From: Podarcis liolepis
Lineage: Eukaryota
Reading direction: 5' to 3' (one strand)
Assembly (NCBI GenBank): GCA_965112155.1
Contig: OZ218103.1
Length of the DNA stretch: 64,000 bases
Shown one piece after another: positions 22,678 to 35,800 of this stretch (the stretch's first letter is position 1; the number at the start of each line of letters is the position of its first letter). The position numbers were made by a program, and so were the translations under genes. The notes under the pieces were generated by a model that saw nothing but the letters and a program-made list of their open reading frames with translations, had not been told where the DNA came from and ran no database searches.

Positions 22678-24574
22678 TATATACAGAGGCAGCATAAACA
22701 AGATCATTGAGTGAAGATAATATAGCTTCCAAGTGCATCACTGAGTGCAACAGAACCCTGTGTTCATGCCAAGTTTATTCACTTCCAAATTCTAAAGCCG
22801 TCTATAAATATGAAGACCTCTCTCTCCCCCTCTTACTGGGAGAAGATGCTTAGCATTAATGAAGTAGGACTGAAGATATTGGGCCTTGTCACAGTTTTAA
22901 CTATTGATCATAGAGAACAAACTTGGACTATTCGCCCTCTAAATATTGTGGTAGCTTCAAGGGAAAAGAACAGGTCCATTCAATTCCTTAATGCAGCAGT
23001 TGCCAACATGGAGCCCTCTAGATAATTTAGGCCTCCATGTTCCATTGGCCTAATGGTAGAGGGTCATTGGAGTTGTAGTCTAAATCATTTGGAGGGCACC
23101 AATTTGGCCATCCCTGTCTTAATGCTTTTTCAGATAGACTATTATTTAACTGTAGATTTCCCCTACCTGATGAAAGTGCGGGAGAGCCAAAACGGAACAC
23201 CTGCTCATCCCTCCCTTTAAACTGTCATAATGCTAATATGGAGCCATACAATGTGCAAACATTAAACAGCAAAGCACAATAGTATAGTTCAAACTGATGG
23301 GGAAAGTGGGATAAAGGAGTATTTTTAAAGAGACAAAGTAGTTATTGAAGAGTTTGACACCCCCTTAGTTGTATACTGCTTAGAAATCTAAAGCCACAAA
23401 TGACAAAGCAAACATTTCAAATTTACCTAGTGAGACTGCACAGACTTCAGGGATGACAGTGGTTTCAGGTGAGGGCAGAAATGGTTTTAGGCTCATGGGA
23501 AAGGGACTATTGGATAGCAGCTAGTACATTCAGATATCTGTGGTTGGAAGCACATTCTTAAAAGCCTGGAAACCGATGCACATTATGCACTAAAAATAAA
23601 TCCACCATTTCCATTAATTTGTTTCATATGCTCCATACACAGAAAGATGAGCAATAAATCACATAGTGCTTGAACTGTTTCAAATCACAGCGCAGTGTAA
23701 TAAAAGAAACATTTTTCATATGGCAGCATTGGAATACATTGAGATGAGATGGGGATGTTCAACACTCACAGGCACTGTAGCATCACAATCTTTCTGACAA
23801 AACACAGATGCCAGAATAAAAATAGCCACGGTCACCCTCATAAAACATCTATCAACACCCACAACATGCAGCGTGCAGTTAACGATTAAAGCAATTGTGT
23901 TGCCTTAGCATTTTGTCATGGAAAATATATATTTAAAATGATAGGGTGGGTTGTTAACCCATAGACATCAACATTGTAATTTAATATTTTCATTAGACCC
24001 TTTAACTAATAGGTTTTCCAATTGACCATTATTGTGGCCACAGAGTGGGAAGGCACATCTTAATTTATGGATGGTGCTTAATTCATTCTCTTAAAAAATA
24101 TGTTGCACTGCTGATGTCATTTCAGTCCTGGATGAACATTGCCTGCCACTTTGCAATTTCTATCAGAAAAAGATAAAATACACAATATACAAATATTTTA
24201 AATGCTAATCATGAATACCAGAAACTGCAGAGCGTCAATATTGTGTAAGAAAAACAACAACTATGAACCTGTTGTTGATAATCTCTCATTTCACAGTTGC
24301 TGTAATATATATTTTCCCTAGGGTTGTATTTTTTTTTTTTATAATTATTCTGACAACACAAAAGTGCACCACCTAGAAACAGAATTATCAACCAGTGATG
24401 CATCAATGGTGTGAGAAGTAGTGAAATGAAGGTATGAAATATTCCATTTTGTATATGTGGAATATATTATGTTTGTGGCTAGCATCAATGTAAATGAAGG
24501 CAGGCAATGGTGAATATGAATAGCTCAAAAGTGACAGAGAGAAAAGGACAGATACCTACCCCAACCTGCGCTAT

Positions 24575-24658
24575 CTAGCTATCGCCCTGTGGACTTACAG
24601 TATCACCAATGGGCTCACCAAATGGATCACTGTTGGATGAGGCCTGAGATCCATCAGG
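24575..24658 (-). CDS. DAB1: DAB1 exon 14, coding part with canonical stop (exon continues 15 nt to 24560)
   Basis: PDGSQASSNSDPFGEPIGDTVSPQGDS-TAG, then ATAGCGCAGGTTGGG|GTAGGT. Confidence 0.95.
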   Translation of the reverse strand, partial: PDGSQASSNSDPFGEPIGDTVSPQGDS

Positions 24659-26575
24659 CTAGAATACAAGAACATAACACCTTTTTTTCTCAACAACAGA
24701 AAGGAAAACAAAGTCAGCAGTTATTTTCATGCAGTGGGTGCATTTTAACATGAATGCCTATTGTGGATGAAAATAATTTAAAAGTCATATACTACAGCTG
24801 ATATTTCCTAGGACCAACTGGTGCCAGTGGGCCAGCCCTGAATAAGATAGTAAACTGATTTGAGCTCACAGAAACAGTTTTTTAGGTTAGTGCATTTTGG
24901 CCAAAGCTAACTTTACCTTCAAGACTTGGTCAAGAAGCAGACAAATGCCTAGTGCATGGCTTCTGCTTTAAGCCTGCCTAATTAGTGGTTCTAGTTTGTG
25001 ATGAGCCATTCATGTGAAGCAGTTGCCATGGCCACATCTGACTATTTTTGCACCGCAACTCAAACCCAGCCAAATATGAGTTTTCAGCAACGTGAGAGCA
25101 ATCTGGATCTGTGTATGGTGCCCATAACTAGTTTGTGGTCATCACAAGCAAATTTGGACACCACAGATCTGAGACCAAGTTGCCATTATCAATGTGAGGT
25201 CATGCTTCTGCTGTCTCCTTGCAAGTGGGGCAGGCACAGAGTCATGCGTTAGCTATTGTATTCACCACTCGTGCTATTCAACTTAAGCCAAGCCATGTGA
25301 TTGTACTGACAGCAAAACGTATCCATATTGTCACCTACCCAAGCCACTACACATTGACCTGTGAAGGGTTGTCCATTCCCAGTATTAAGGTGTATACTTA
25401 CTTTCATTTTCAAATGTCACTGATTCCCCCCTCCCCCTGGGAAATCAAATGTGTTGTGCTATTTTTACAATGTCTGAAGAAATCTGCCAGCTCCTCCCCC
25501 TGGAAACAATCTGGTCATATAAAGCATTCCTGTTGAATGCTAGAAAATGGAGAGCATGGATTCCCTCTTCCCTGCCAATCATCCTCCCTGGCTTGCCCTG
25601 GAGAAAGCAGAGGGAAGAACTCACTACTCCGTAAGATCCTTCCTAGGTTGAGTTCAGCCTGAAGGGGGCAAAACTCGACTCAGACACTATGAGTGCCAGG
25701 GGCTGCATTTTGAACTCCCCCTCCCCATTGCATCACACCAAAGTCTCTGAACTCCTTTGTCTTTCTGCCCCAATATCTTTGTGTTTCTAAGGCAGAGCTG
25801 CCAATTTATATTGGCTACAACGGTGCCATCACACAAAGCTTCGGTGGCACACTGCTTCCTGTTCTTGAAATCTAATTCACAGTTGCTCCTCCTGAATTCT
25901 GTCTCTTCGAAGAGCCGGCAGGAGGAGGTAGATATGGACTAATAAATCATGAGAGAACAATCCAGCAGAAATGTATAACAAGCAGGAACACTCAAATAGA
26001 CTGCATAAGCTGACATGTAGATAAAAATGTTAAATTAATCTGTGCAATCTTCCATTTTGACTTACACATTTTTGGTTCAGCAGTATACATGCTAGTCTAG
26101 CACATATCGGTGCTGATGGGGAAACTGGAAGAGTGAAGTGGGAGCACTGATCAACACTCTGTCCTCTGTAATTTACATTAGTTGTGAGCAGTCAGGAGAA
26201 AATCAGAAGAGTTTGAAGGGTGGGGGAAGGGGGCTGGGTTCATTATTTCTTCTTCTGTTTGATCATTGCATCAAATAGGGAGAAAAATTGAGGGAACATT
26301 TGCGTTCATATCCTAACTCTATTTTTTGTAGGGCAACCTTCATTGCCCAAAGTCAATGTTAAGTGTCTATAATTGGACTAGGAAACACTCCTCTATTTTC
26401 TTCTACAGTCCAATTTTGCTGATTGAATACTACCTTTAATGTGATCTACAGCAAATGTTTTAGTACTCATGCAAAGTAGAATTTGACTAGAATTTTCAAA
26501 ATTTTCAAAACTGTGAACCATGTACATAGTAACTGAGCAGTTTATGGGTTAATGATTTGGAGTTGCCCCACTTAC

Positions 26576-26703
26576 CGCTTCCTGTTCTTCACTTTTACTT
26601 GGACTTTCAAAGCCCTCTTCAAAGAGGTCATCTGCAGCAGGGTCACTGGTATGAGATGCTGAGGATTTGGATGGAGAACTTTGTCTAGGAGCAGGAGTTG
26701 GAG
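26576..26703 (-). CDS. DAB1: DAB1 exon 13 (contains the Cdk5-type SSPSK site)
   Basis: 128 nt, (P)[42 protein letters not shown], ends in phase 0 at GCG|GTAAG. Confidence 0.97.
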
Positions 26704-27897
26704 CTGAATAAAGACAATAGAGATAATTTGAATTGAGTGGATGACTGACTCCTAAATAACACCAGAGAACCTGCTGGCATGTGTCTGGGTGGGCTATGAG
26801 CCAAGTGCCACTGTGTGGTTTTGCAATCTCCCCCCCCCCCCCCAAGATTAACAATAAATGGATCTGAGAAACTTGTCTTAAAAGGCAAAAATTGCTCTTA
26901 GTAAACTGTTTGGGAACCATTGAGTTTGACAGTTTTGAAAGATTCAAAATATTTTAATTTTAGTTTGCAAAATTCAGCAACCTCTTATCATTCATATGAC
27001 AACAAACAATGTCCTGGGTTTACTTTGTTTTTAATTTATGCAGCAGTACCAATGTGTTTATCTTAAAATCTTTAACAAAAATTAGATATATATATAAATA
27101 AATAAATAAATAATAGCTTTCTATCACTGGAAGATGTCCATCTTTTAAAAAACTACAGATGCCTACTGAGTCATTTCTTGTAACGACACTGTGAAACAAA
27201 TGAAGTATAAAATTAGCAGTAGTCCACTGAAATCACTTGCAATGCAATTGTTGCAGTACCATCAGAAATACACATTAAACACACTAAAGGAATGTTGCTT
27301 CAGTGCAGTGATGATCCATCACCACACCTGCTTAAATCCAACTCCTCCATCCAATTTTATTGTGTGTTTAAGCACGGGAATAATCTCATCAGCAATTCTT
27401 AATTTAGGGTTGATTCACACAAAATGTTTTTGCAACAATGTAATCACAATGCTCAAGTAAGGCTGGTAATTATGAATCCAAAATCAGTAAGCCACCATTG
27501 CATCAAGCACAGCTTCCATTGGAGGAGGGGGGCAGAAACCCTCACCAAATTTCTGGATTTCCTTAGCTCATGAAGATAGCAAACAGAATCCCAGCTTTGG
27601 GAACTTCCAAAGCCGATTGTGCAAGCCAGTTTTTTATGCATATTTAAGATGACACTGTCTTTCAACAACTAAATTACACTGTCTTTCAAAAATGAAATTC
27701 ATTAAAAGTAATGTGTGTAATTAATTACGGACATCCATGAACTCCATGCGATTATCCTCGATTTCATGTCTTCCCAACTTCAAAGACGCCCAATTTATTT
27801 AATTTTTAATTACATTCATGGATATTTCTGACAGCTCCATCTCAGAAAAGGGAAACAATGTGCGGAAGGTTGCGGCAGAAAAATGGGGAATACTCAC

Positions 27898-28446
27898 GTG
27901 AGTTCGTCGATGGCGTTGTAGAAGTCACAGGAGTCAAATTTAACTGAGAGATGTCAAAGTCATCACAATCATCTGCTTCCTGTGCCATCCCAACTTTGTT
28001 AAAGTAACTGGAGAAGGCCTCTGAGGTACAACTGAGGGAAGGCTGATCTGGTTTTCGTGATGGCACTGGCGGAGGCTGAGCCATCTGGAAATCTTTGAAC
28101 ATTTCTTTTCCTGCTTGCTGCCTAGGCCTATCTGTCTGCGGACTGGATCTGGTGGAATCGCTTGTAGGTGGAACGGTAGCAATGGGAGCAACGGTACCTT
28201 GAAACATGGCTGCTTGTAAAGGCAATACAGTTTGTGTTGGCATGAAGGCAGCAGGCTGAAACTGACCAGCTACAGATGGCCATGGTTGCTGGGTGGGAGA
28301 AAATATCCCAGGTTGTCCCCATGCAATTGACTGTCCTCCCTGCATCACCTGAGCAACTGGAGGCTGAGCACCCATGGCCAGTTGTTGTTGAACAAGAGGT
28401 TGTTGTCCCCAGAAGGAGGGCAGGACAGCTCCCATTGCAACATAAC
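27898..28446 (-). CDS. DAB1: DAB1 exon 12
   Basis: 549 nt, (G)[15 protein letters not shown]...[11 protein letters not shown]...[22 protein letters not shown](P), aAG / GTGAGT. Corresponds to ORF 27842..28435. Confidence 0.98.
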
Positions 28447-31400
28447 CTTCGGGGGGAAAGAGAGCGGGGACAATTTCAGAACAGGAAGAGCAAAAAAAAA
28501 CCGAGGGCAGCCAAGGAAGAAAAGTTGGTCAGATATACAAATGAGTTTTGGTGACTTCTGTTGCTCCACTGAAAGCGTTGTTGGACAGAGGCATGGGGCA
28601 GGTTCAGAAGCTGTTACTAGACTACATGCAAAACTAAATCTATTTTAATGAGCCGGCATTTTCCAATAAATAAGAGAAAAAGGGGAGTGTTCCTAATGAT
28701 GTTTTCTCTGCCCTTTCTTCTGAACGGAAATCTTCTATATTAGAGTATTTGTTTTGCTCATTCACCCAGCCTATCACAGACCAGTACTTAGTTGTACCAG
28801 TACTTTGCTTCCAGTATTTTTAGCTTGACATGCAGCTTTGGGAAACATATAAGCTTACTTTATTCTTGCATTTTCAGTAAGTAGGTTAACAAAAGGTATT
28901 GTCTTCACCTATTCCATACCGTAGTTTACATCTAAACCCTTTTCTTTCCATGTTGTCCATTGCCCATTTATTACCCACAAATTTATCAAGCTAATTGCCC
29001 AAGGTGCAGTTATGTTTCTGAAATGACCATCTGTGTAGACTTCTGATTCCCCCCCCCTATTTATACTGGACATTAGCTCCTTACTCACTGGATTTCAGCA
29101 GCTGCAGTTATCACACAAGGGCAGAAAAGGTATCTAGATATGGAGAATGTCAATCATATATCCGAGATTTTGAGTAACACGAAGAAGTTGGACAAACTCA
29201 CACAAACTGTATGCAGAAAGGTGAAAGTAGTATGGAAAAAACATTCACACTCACCCTGCCCCAGTGTATTCATACAACCCCCACCCCCTATCCTGGCATC
29301 TGTAGTCAAACAGGTATTGCAAGTTTTTGGAGCACTGCAGAGAGCCTACAAGACCTATTTGATCTGACTGATTAAAATAGAGCATGCACATCATTTAGAA
29401 CTGTATTTCTGGCCCTCTGTGAGAGTAAAGGTCAGCAGCCAAGCCTACACTACTGCTTTAGAGGAGTAGGGGACAGCTATATAAAGCAAGACTGCCTCCC
29501 CTCCTCAGTTGTGTTTTGTCCTTCACCCAGCCACCTGCCCCTTTGGTGCAATGTCAAAACATTCCAGTTGCTAAAGATATTTGGTGTTTTCCTCAAAGAT
29601 GGGCCTAGAGCTTAATGGTCTCCTCCTACTTTTGTGAATTTGGGACCAAGGGTAGGTAAATATAATGAATATCCCTACACAAGTGCAATGTAGATTATAC
29701 GAAGAAATGCACAAAAAGCAACAGTCTGGTGAGTGCTCCGAAGCACTTTTAGAAGATAAAAGGAGTATCCTCATACATAACTATTAAAATCTCAAAACAG
29801 GTAGGATTGTTAGGGGTTCTGAATAAATGTCTCATATCCACAAGGATGGGTGTGCGTTACACAGGCAGAACTCCCTTGGCACAATGAAGTGACCATGAAG
29901 TAGGGAGGTGACTGCTCCCCAGACCATTTGGGACCGGCGGTGATGGGAGGGAGTTTTGTCACCAGCATTTTTAGAACCCATTGCAAAGACTTTAAAGTTA
30001 TACTTGATAAAAGTCTTTCCCCACTAAAAACCTAATCTGGTGTTCCATCTCATTAGCGCTGGGGTCGTGGTGCTATGATAGCTCCACCATCTCTATGAAA
30101 CCCACTCACCCACCCCAATTATTATCATCTGTTCCCACTCTCCATGAAGCACACGTGTAATTGGCCTTATTAACCAACATTAATAGGAAAGAGCAGCCAT
30201 GTGTGCTTAGCCTTCAAGTCTAGTTTTAGGTTTGGATAAGGTAGGACAGTGTTTGAATGTTCGTAGTCCAGGCTGCACTCCAAATGAAAGATGCCACTTA
30301 TTTTCTAAGAGATATTCTTAAAATGTAGCCAAAAGATCCATTAGCTTGCAAAAACATTTTGTATGAAGGCCTAGTTTCAACATTTTACATACATCACTTC
30401 TAATTCTTCTATGTTTCAGTTTCTTTTTTTGTTCATCCAGCACACCTTAACATGGGAAATTTCATTTAGCTTCTTAATTAGTGGCTCCCTCTCCTTAAAA
30501 ATCATGACCTGGCTGAGTATACTAAAGCAGCATTCAAATGTTATTCCCTTTTCTCATTTTAATGTTTACTCTACCTAGATTTTGATTATTATTTTTTTGC
30601 TAAATGGAGATTAAACAAGTTTTGCTGATGAGGCATGTACACAACAATGAGGTAGTCTTTATATTGCAAAAAAACCCTACACATTTATTTTTGCTATGGA
30701 AAGAAGCAGTTTTCTTGCTTTATGTTTCAAAGCCAGCTGTTAGCATGTCAACAGCTCTGACTAGATAACTCCAGGTTCATTTTGAATGTTTGTATTAGAG
30801 TGTTCAAAAACTTCAACCTATTTCATTTTCTGGACAATGGGATGTGTACGGTAACAAAATAAAAGTAACAAACAGAAGCGGAAAATGGGATAAGATTCAA
30901 ACCACACCTGCAATCTGTTAGCAAATTGTTATACAAGTAAATGTGCAAGTATGCAGATATAGCCTAATTTAACATCAAAGGAGCTGCAGGCTGTCCAATC
31001 AGGAATGGCTGGCAGGGTGATACTGCCCTGTATCTCTTCTGGCTGTGGTGTTGCTACTGCTTACTGGAACAGTGCAGGGCAAAGATCAGGGCTGCACAAG
31101 CACATTCAAACTCCTACACTGTCCCAGTAAACAGCAGAAATATCACCAATACACTGTACCAGCCACTTCTGCTAGCAATCAAGGGACAGGCTTCCTAAGT
31201 CTGTATGTCTTTACACTCTTCTTCCTAGCAAAATCATGTAATATATGCATGCACATGCGTATGCACTTGCTTTGCACAATTTATTCCAATCACAAAGTTT
31301 AATTTACTTGAAAGCAGAAACTAGAAATTTAGTGCAGACCACACACAGTTCTGGCTAATTCACACCTAACATTACAGTGGATTTTAAAGAGACAAACATA

Positions 31401-32056
31401 CATTTTCATTTGTGTTATTTCTTCCCGATAAAGAACTACATAAGCAAAAGAGGATTTAAGCAAAAGCAACTGCTCAACAAATCAGAAGTAGTAATGGGGA
31501 ACAAATGTATTGTCTGTGTATTATTCCAAGCTTCAGAAATGAGGTTAAGCTATCATTGTTTGCATTTTGGACACCGAAGAACAGTGAAAAACATAAAACA
31601 CCAGTCTTTTTTCTCCTGTGGCTACTGGAACTCCAGGAAAATCAAAAGAGAAAAGAAAGTGGCCTTGAGGAAAGAGGCCTTAAGCAGTTTGAGAAAGAGA
31701 TTGCCCAAATGCCTTCAGAAGAATATGGAAGGATTTAGGAGCTGTTCACTGAATGAATCACAAATGGATTGCCAAAATCTTAAGGTGTAAACTGTATCTT
31801 CTGGGTTGGGGGACGTAAATAAGATGCTTGATGAGAGGTGTTCATTTTTTTCTGTGGATTTTATATCTGTAATGGGTCATTCACTGCAGTCATTGGTTAA
31901 TGAGCAGGTATGAGGGAACTAGAACTAACTAAATCTACTAATTCATCAAGGGTCTAGATGTTCTGATGTACAACAGAATAGCTCCCATTAAAAGCCACAT
32001 ATGCTCAGACTGGCCTTTAAGTTCTCAAGTTATATAGCACGATGTGAAAAACTCAC

Positions 32057-32165
32057 CTGAGGGTACAGCAGCAGTGCTGTAAGGTACAGAACTAAATACA
32101 TCTGCACCAGCAGGAAGTGACTGGGATGAAGATGGGATAAAGGCATCACCTGGAGTTGCAGGGGT
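32057..32165 (-). CDS. DAB1: DAB1 exon 11
   Basis: 109 nt, [36 protein letters not shown](G), cAG / GTGAGT. Confidence 0.97.
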
Positions 32166-32761
32166 CTGTAAAACACGACAAGATTAGAATGTGCTGATTA
32201 AACAGACATGGGTGGCATCTCAGTTGTGGCTTCTGCTGCCAAGAACTGGCTCTACATCCTTTTTCCTAATTAAAAAAAGCGACAGAGAGGAAAGCATAAG
32301 AGAGGAGATGCAGAAGAGAGAGAGCAGCAGAAAGGTGGGGAGGGAAAACAGCAGCAACTAGAAAACAGAATGGGAAACTGCATCAGGAAAATCTCTTATG
32401 ATTTGTAATGTATTAAATAAACCCGAAAGTGTTCTTCCCCAGCTCCTACGATATATGCAAATTCCTACAGCACCTGTTCTCTCCCACCCCCCATGAAAGG
32501 TCTAAGGCTGTGTGATATTAATAGCTTCACAGGGGATCAGTATAAGCAATTAGTGCAGAAAAAGAAGTAGAAAGGTAATGAGCAATTTTACATAGGGAAA
32601 AATTCAAACTGGGTAAAATGATTGCAAACCTTTTTGAAATTCTTTCAGCTTCAGTATGGGGCATTGTTAGTCATGAATATCTAAATGCATTATGCTGCTA
32701 CAATAAGCCTGCTAAAAGTGGCATGTGTGAAAGAGGCAGGACATTTCTCTCTGGTACTTAC

Positions 32762-32824
32762 AGGGGGAGAGGTTACATCAGGAGGAGTGGACATGTCCCC
32801 AAACAGCTCTAGTTGGGTAACAGC
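32762..32824 (-). CDS. DAB1: DAB1 exon 10
   Basis: 63 nt, AVTQLELFGDMSTPPDVTSPP, cAG / GTAAGT. Confidence 0.97.
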
Positions 32825-35800
32825 CTGCAAAGAATTGCAAAAAGAAAGAACAAAGTTTTAGGCATGTCTCATCTCTTATCCACTGAGCAACACAGAAGCC
32901 AGTTTTGTAATGGAAAGCAAGAGTAACTTCTCAAAACAATTTTTTACTTGCAATTTTTGGGGGCCAGTCTGTGAGGCAAACCTGAACAATTGTCTGTCAT
33001 TTCATTAATATCTAATTGGCACTCTAGATATTAAAGGATTTAAGAAATAAATAAATCCACAGATGGTGTGAAGAGGGAAATCTTTACACAGAACCACCTC
33101 CTGATCAGAAGACAGGATCAATTTCTCCCCCCTGCCCTTCGTAGAAATTTCCTCCTCATAGAGGAAGAAATTTATCCAAAGGTTGCACTGGCTTCAGTTC
33201 TACTACCTTGTCAATGAGTACCCAGACAATGACCTTTACAAACCTCCCACAAAGGATTCTATGTCCATATCATCCTCTCACCAAGTGAGCTGTAATCCAT
33301 CAAATGGAACAGTTCCCACTGTCCTATAGGTATCTTCTACTGACTCCTTGGGACACCTAAACCATTGTGTTCTAGATACATTTCTTCCCAAGGCAGGTTG
33401 TTTAAAGGCACCAACAAGTGTGTTTTTTCCACTAATAATTTACATCCTTCAGACATTTAATTTGCATCAATCCCAATCTCTGGGATGAACTGTTGGGACA
33501 AATGTGGCAGAACCTGTTTCTGAAAACCTATGAGAATTGAGTTGCATTTGGCAAGGGAGGAAACAATATATATATTTTGCAGCGTGCCAATAAGGAACAC
33601 TGTCCCTGAAGAAGGTATTTTTTGTTTCTGAACACATTATGCAATAATAAAATATTTTGGTTATTTTGATACATTTTTCTGATTTATTTCTGCATTCAGT
33701 CTCTCCATCCCCCCTTTTTTTGGCAGCCTGCCTCCATCATCATAAATGCCTGTCCCACTTCAGGTTGCCATCAGCAAATCATGGATGGGTGCGCTGAATA
33801 TGCATGAAAAAATCCAGGTTGTGGATGCTAAAATCATACTGCTGATAATGCCATATTAAATCTGGGCTCCAGTTGCAAGATTTGGACTTTATGGGCATTG
33901 GATTTGAGCATGGAGGTGCTTCCCAAATAAGACAGCCATTTACAGACACCCAGCAACTCCAGAGGCAGAATCGGCCAGTCTTCTCAAGCCAATCTTGTGA
34001 TTAACCATTAAATAATGTATGCTGTACTACTCTGCTATTTCATTACTGGGACTCTCATGAACTTCACAGAGCCTTACATTCAAATCAGCATTCAGGCAGA
34101 GTTTTAGAGGTGTTCAATGTGCAAGCTAACTATAATGCTCAAGCAATTCCAGTCTCTAACAGTCTGCCTTCCAAGCGTGGAGCTCTCTGTCTACTTATGA
34201 ACAAATTCTACAAAAAGGATGTTAACTACCTGAGCTTGAAGGAACTCCAATTAAAGGCCCTCAAAACTGAAAGTGAACTGGATGCTTTTTATAGCACAAA
34301 ACCCTTAAAAAAATGGAATTTGACACCTGCGTTGTCTTAATATGAAGGAAAAGGGATTAGCTATTCCACATGTAAACGCAAGAAAGGCAAGGCAGATTTT
34401 CAGATGCTTGCTTTGAAAGCATTTGGTCCTGTAAAATGTAATCATTTAATAAAATGTCATTTTAAAGGTTGTGTCCCTTTTGTTGCAAAAAAAGGTGTAA
34501 ACTAATCCATTCCTTTAAAAGATACTTTCAGAAAGAAATTTCTTTACTAATTATCACTGGTAGATATTATTTTTTAGCTTCTGCAAGACAAAGGGGCTCT
34601 GATAAAACTGTGCTTCTTGGTAATCTTTAATTTTATGATACCTTGGGAGCCAGAGAATTATTTTGGGATGGACAGGTACACCCACCCACCCTACAATCAA
34701 GTAGGTTATAAGAAAATGATGGAAGAGAAGCATAGATGGTAAACATTCCTGTTGTATAATGTACATTGGAAATACTTCACAGATTTTGAATTAAGTTATT
34801 CCTGGTCATTACAAGAACATCTACTAATAATTTGGAAAGCAAAACAGATGAAACTCAGTTTTCTGTGTTTTTGAGTTGCATACTGTTGTCTCACAGTGTC
34901 CTAGCGTACTCAACTTTCAACTGGGCTTGCGAATAAGGCACAGCATTTGAGACTGTCACTGTAATTGCAAAGTGAATTATTGGACATTCACAGAATGATG
35001 CCAGGAAAGAAAGATATGATAAACTGATGAACAATTCGAGGAGGTGCATTAGCATGCAAATAGTGAAGCTGATCAAAATTAATTTGGCTAATATAAATAA
35101 ATGATCTCTTTAGAAGCTAATAATTTTCTTTGAAAGAGCATATTTGAATTTGATTTACTAGAACATTTTCCATGATGGCTGCATATTGAAAAAGTGCCTC
35201 TACAACTATGGGAATTAGGACAGCTGTTTAGAGGAAGTGTTTTTAAAATAAATGCTTTGAAGTGATCCTGACCAGGCTAACAGGCCCATCTGCTTTTGGA
35301 GGTAATTGTGTGGGGGATGTTGCACATAGGAACTGGTCAACAGATACACAAAGCAGCAGGTGAAGATCTACAAACTAACCGTATGACTACATCATCCAGC
35401 CTTATCTTTCTTCTTTTATTTTTCCTTGCTCCCCCGTCCTATTTTGTGTAATATCTTTTCTGATGTACAGTTCTGGAGAACTTTAAGGCTTGAAACACTT
35501 TTGTGTCATTTTGGTTGATTCTACTAAAGTTACTGTTCAACTGTGGATATGGGAGTTAAAAATACAAAACATTCAAGTGTTTTCTCAAGTCTAGGCTAAC
35601 CATACCCATTTCTGTGGGTTTTTCCTCAGATGACTTCACCTCTGATGTTCCACCCTCATAGTGCTGCACAAAAATCTGTTTTTTATTTGGCAACAGATTT
35701 TTAAAGTTTAGTGAGCAGAAATAAAGCGGTGCAAATAAGGTTGCAACACAGCGAAAGGAGCGTAGGAGGATAACTGATTAGCATACAGCCCCATCCCCAC

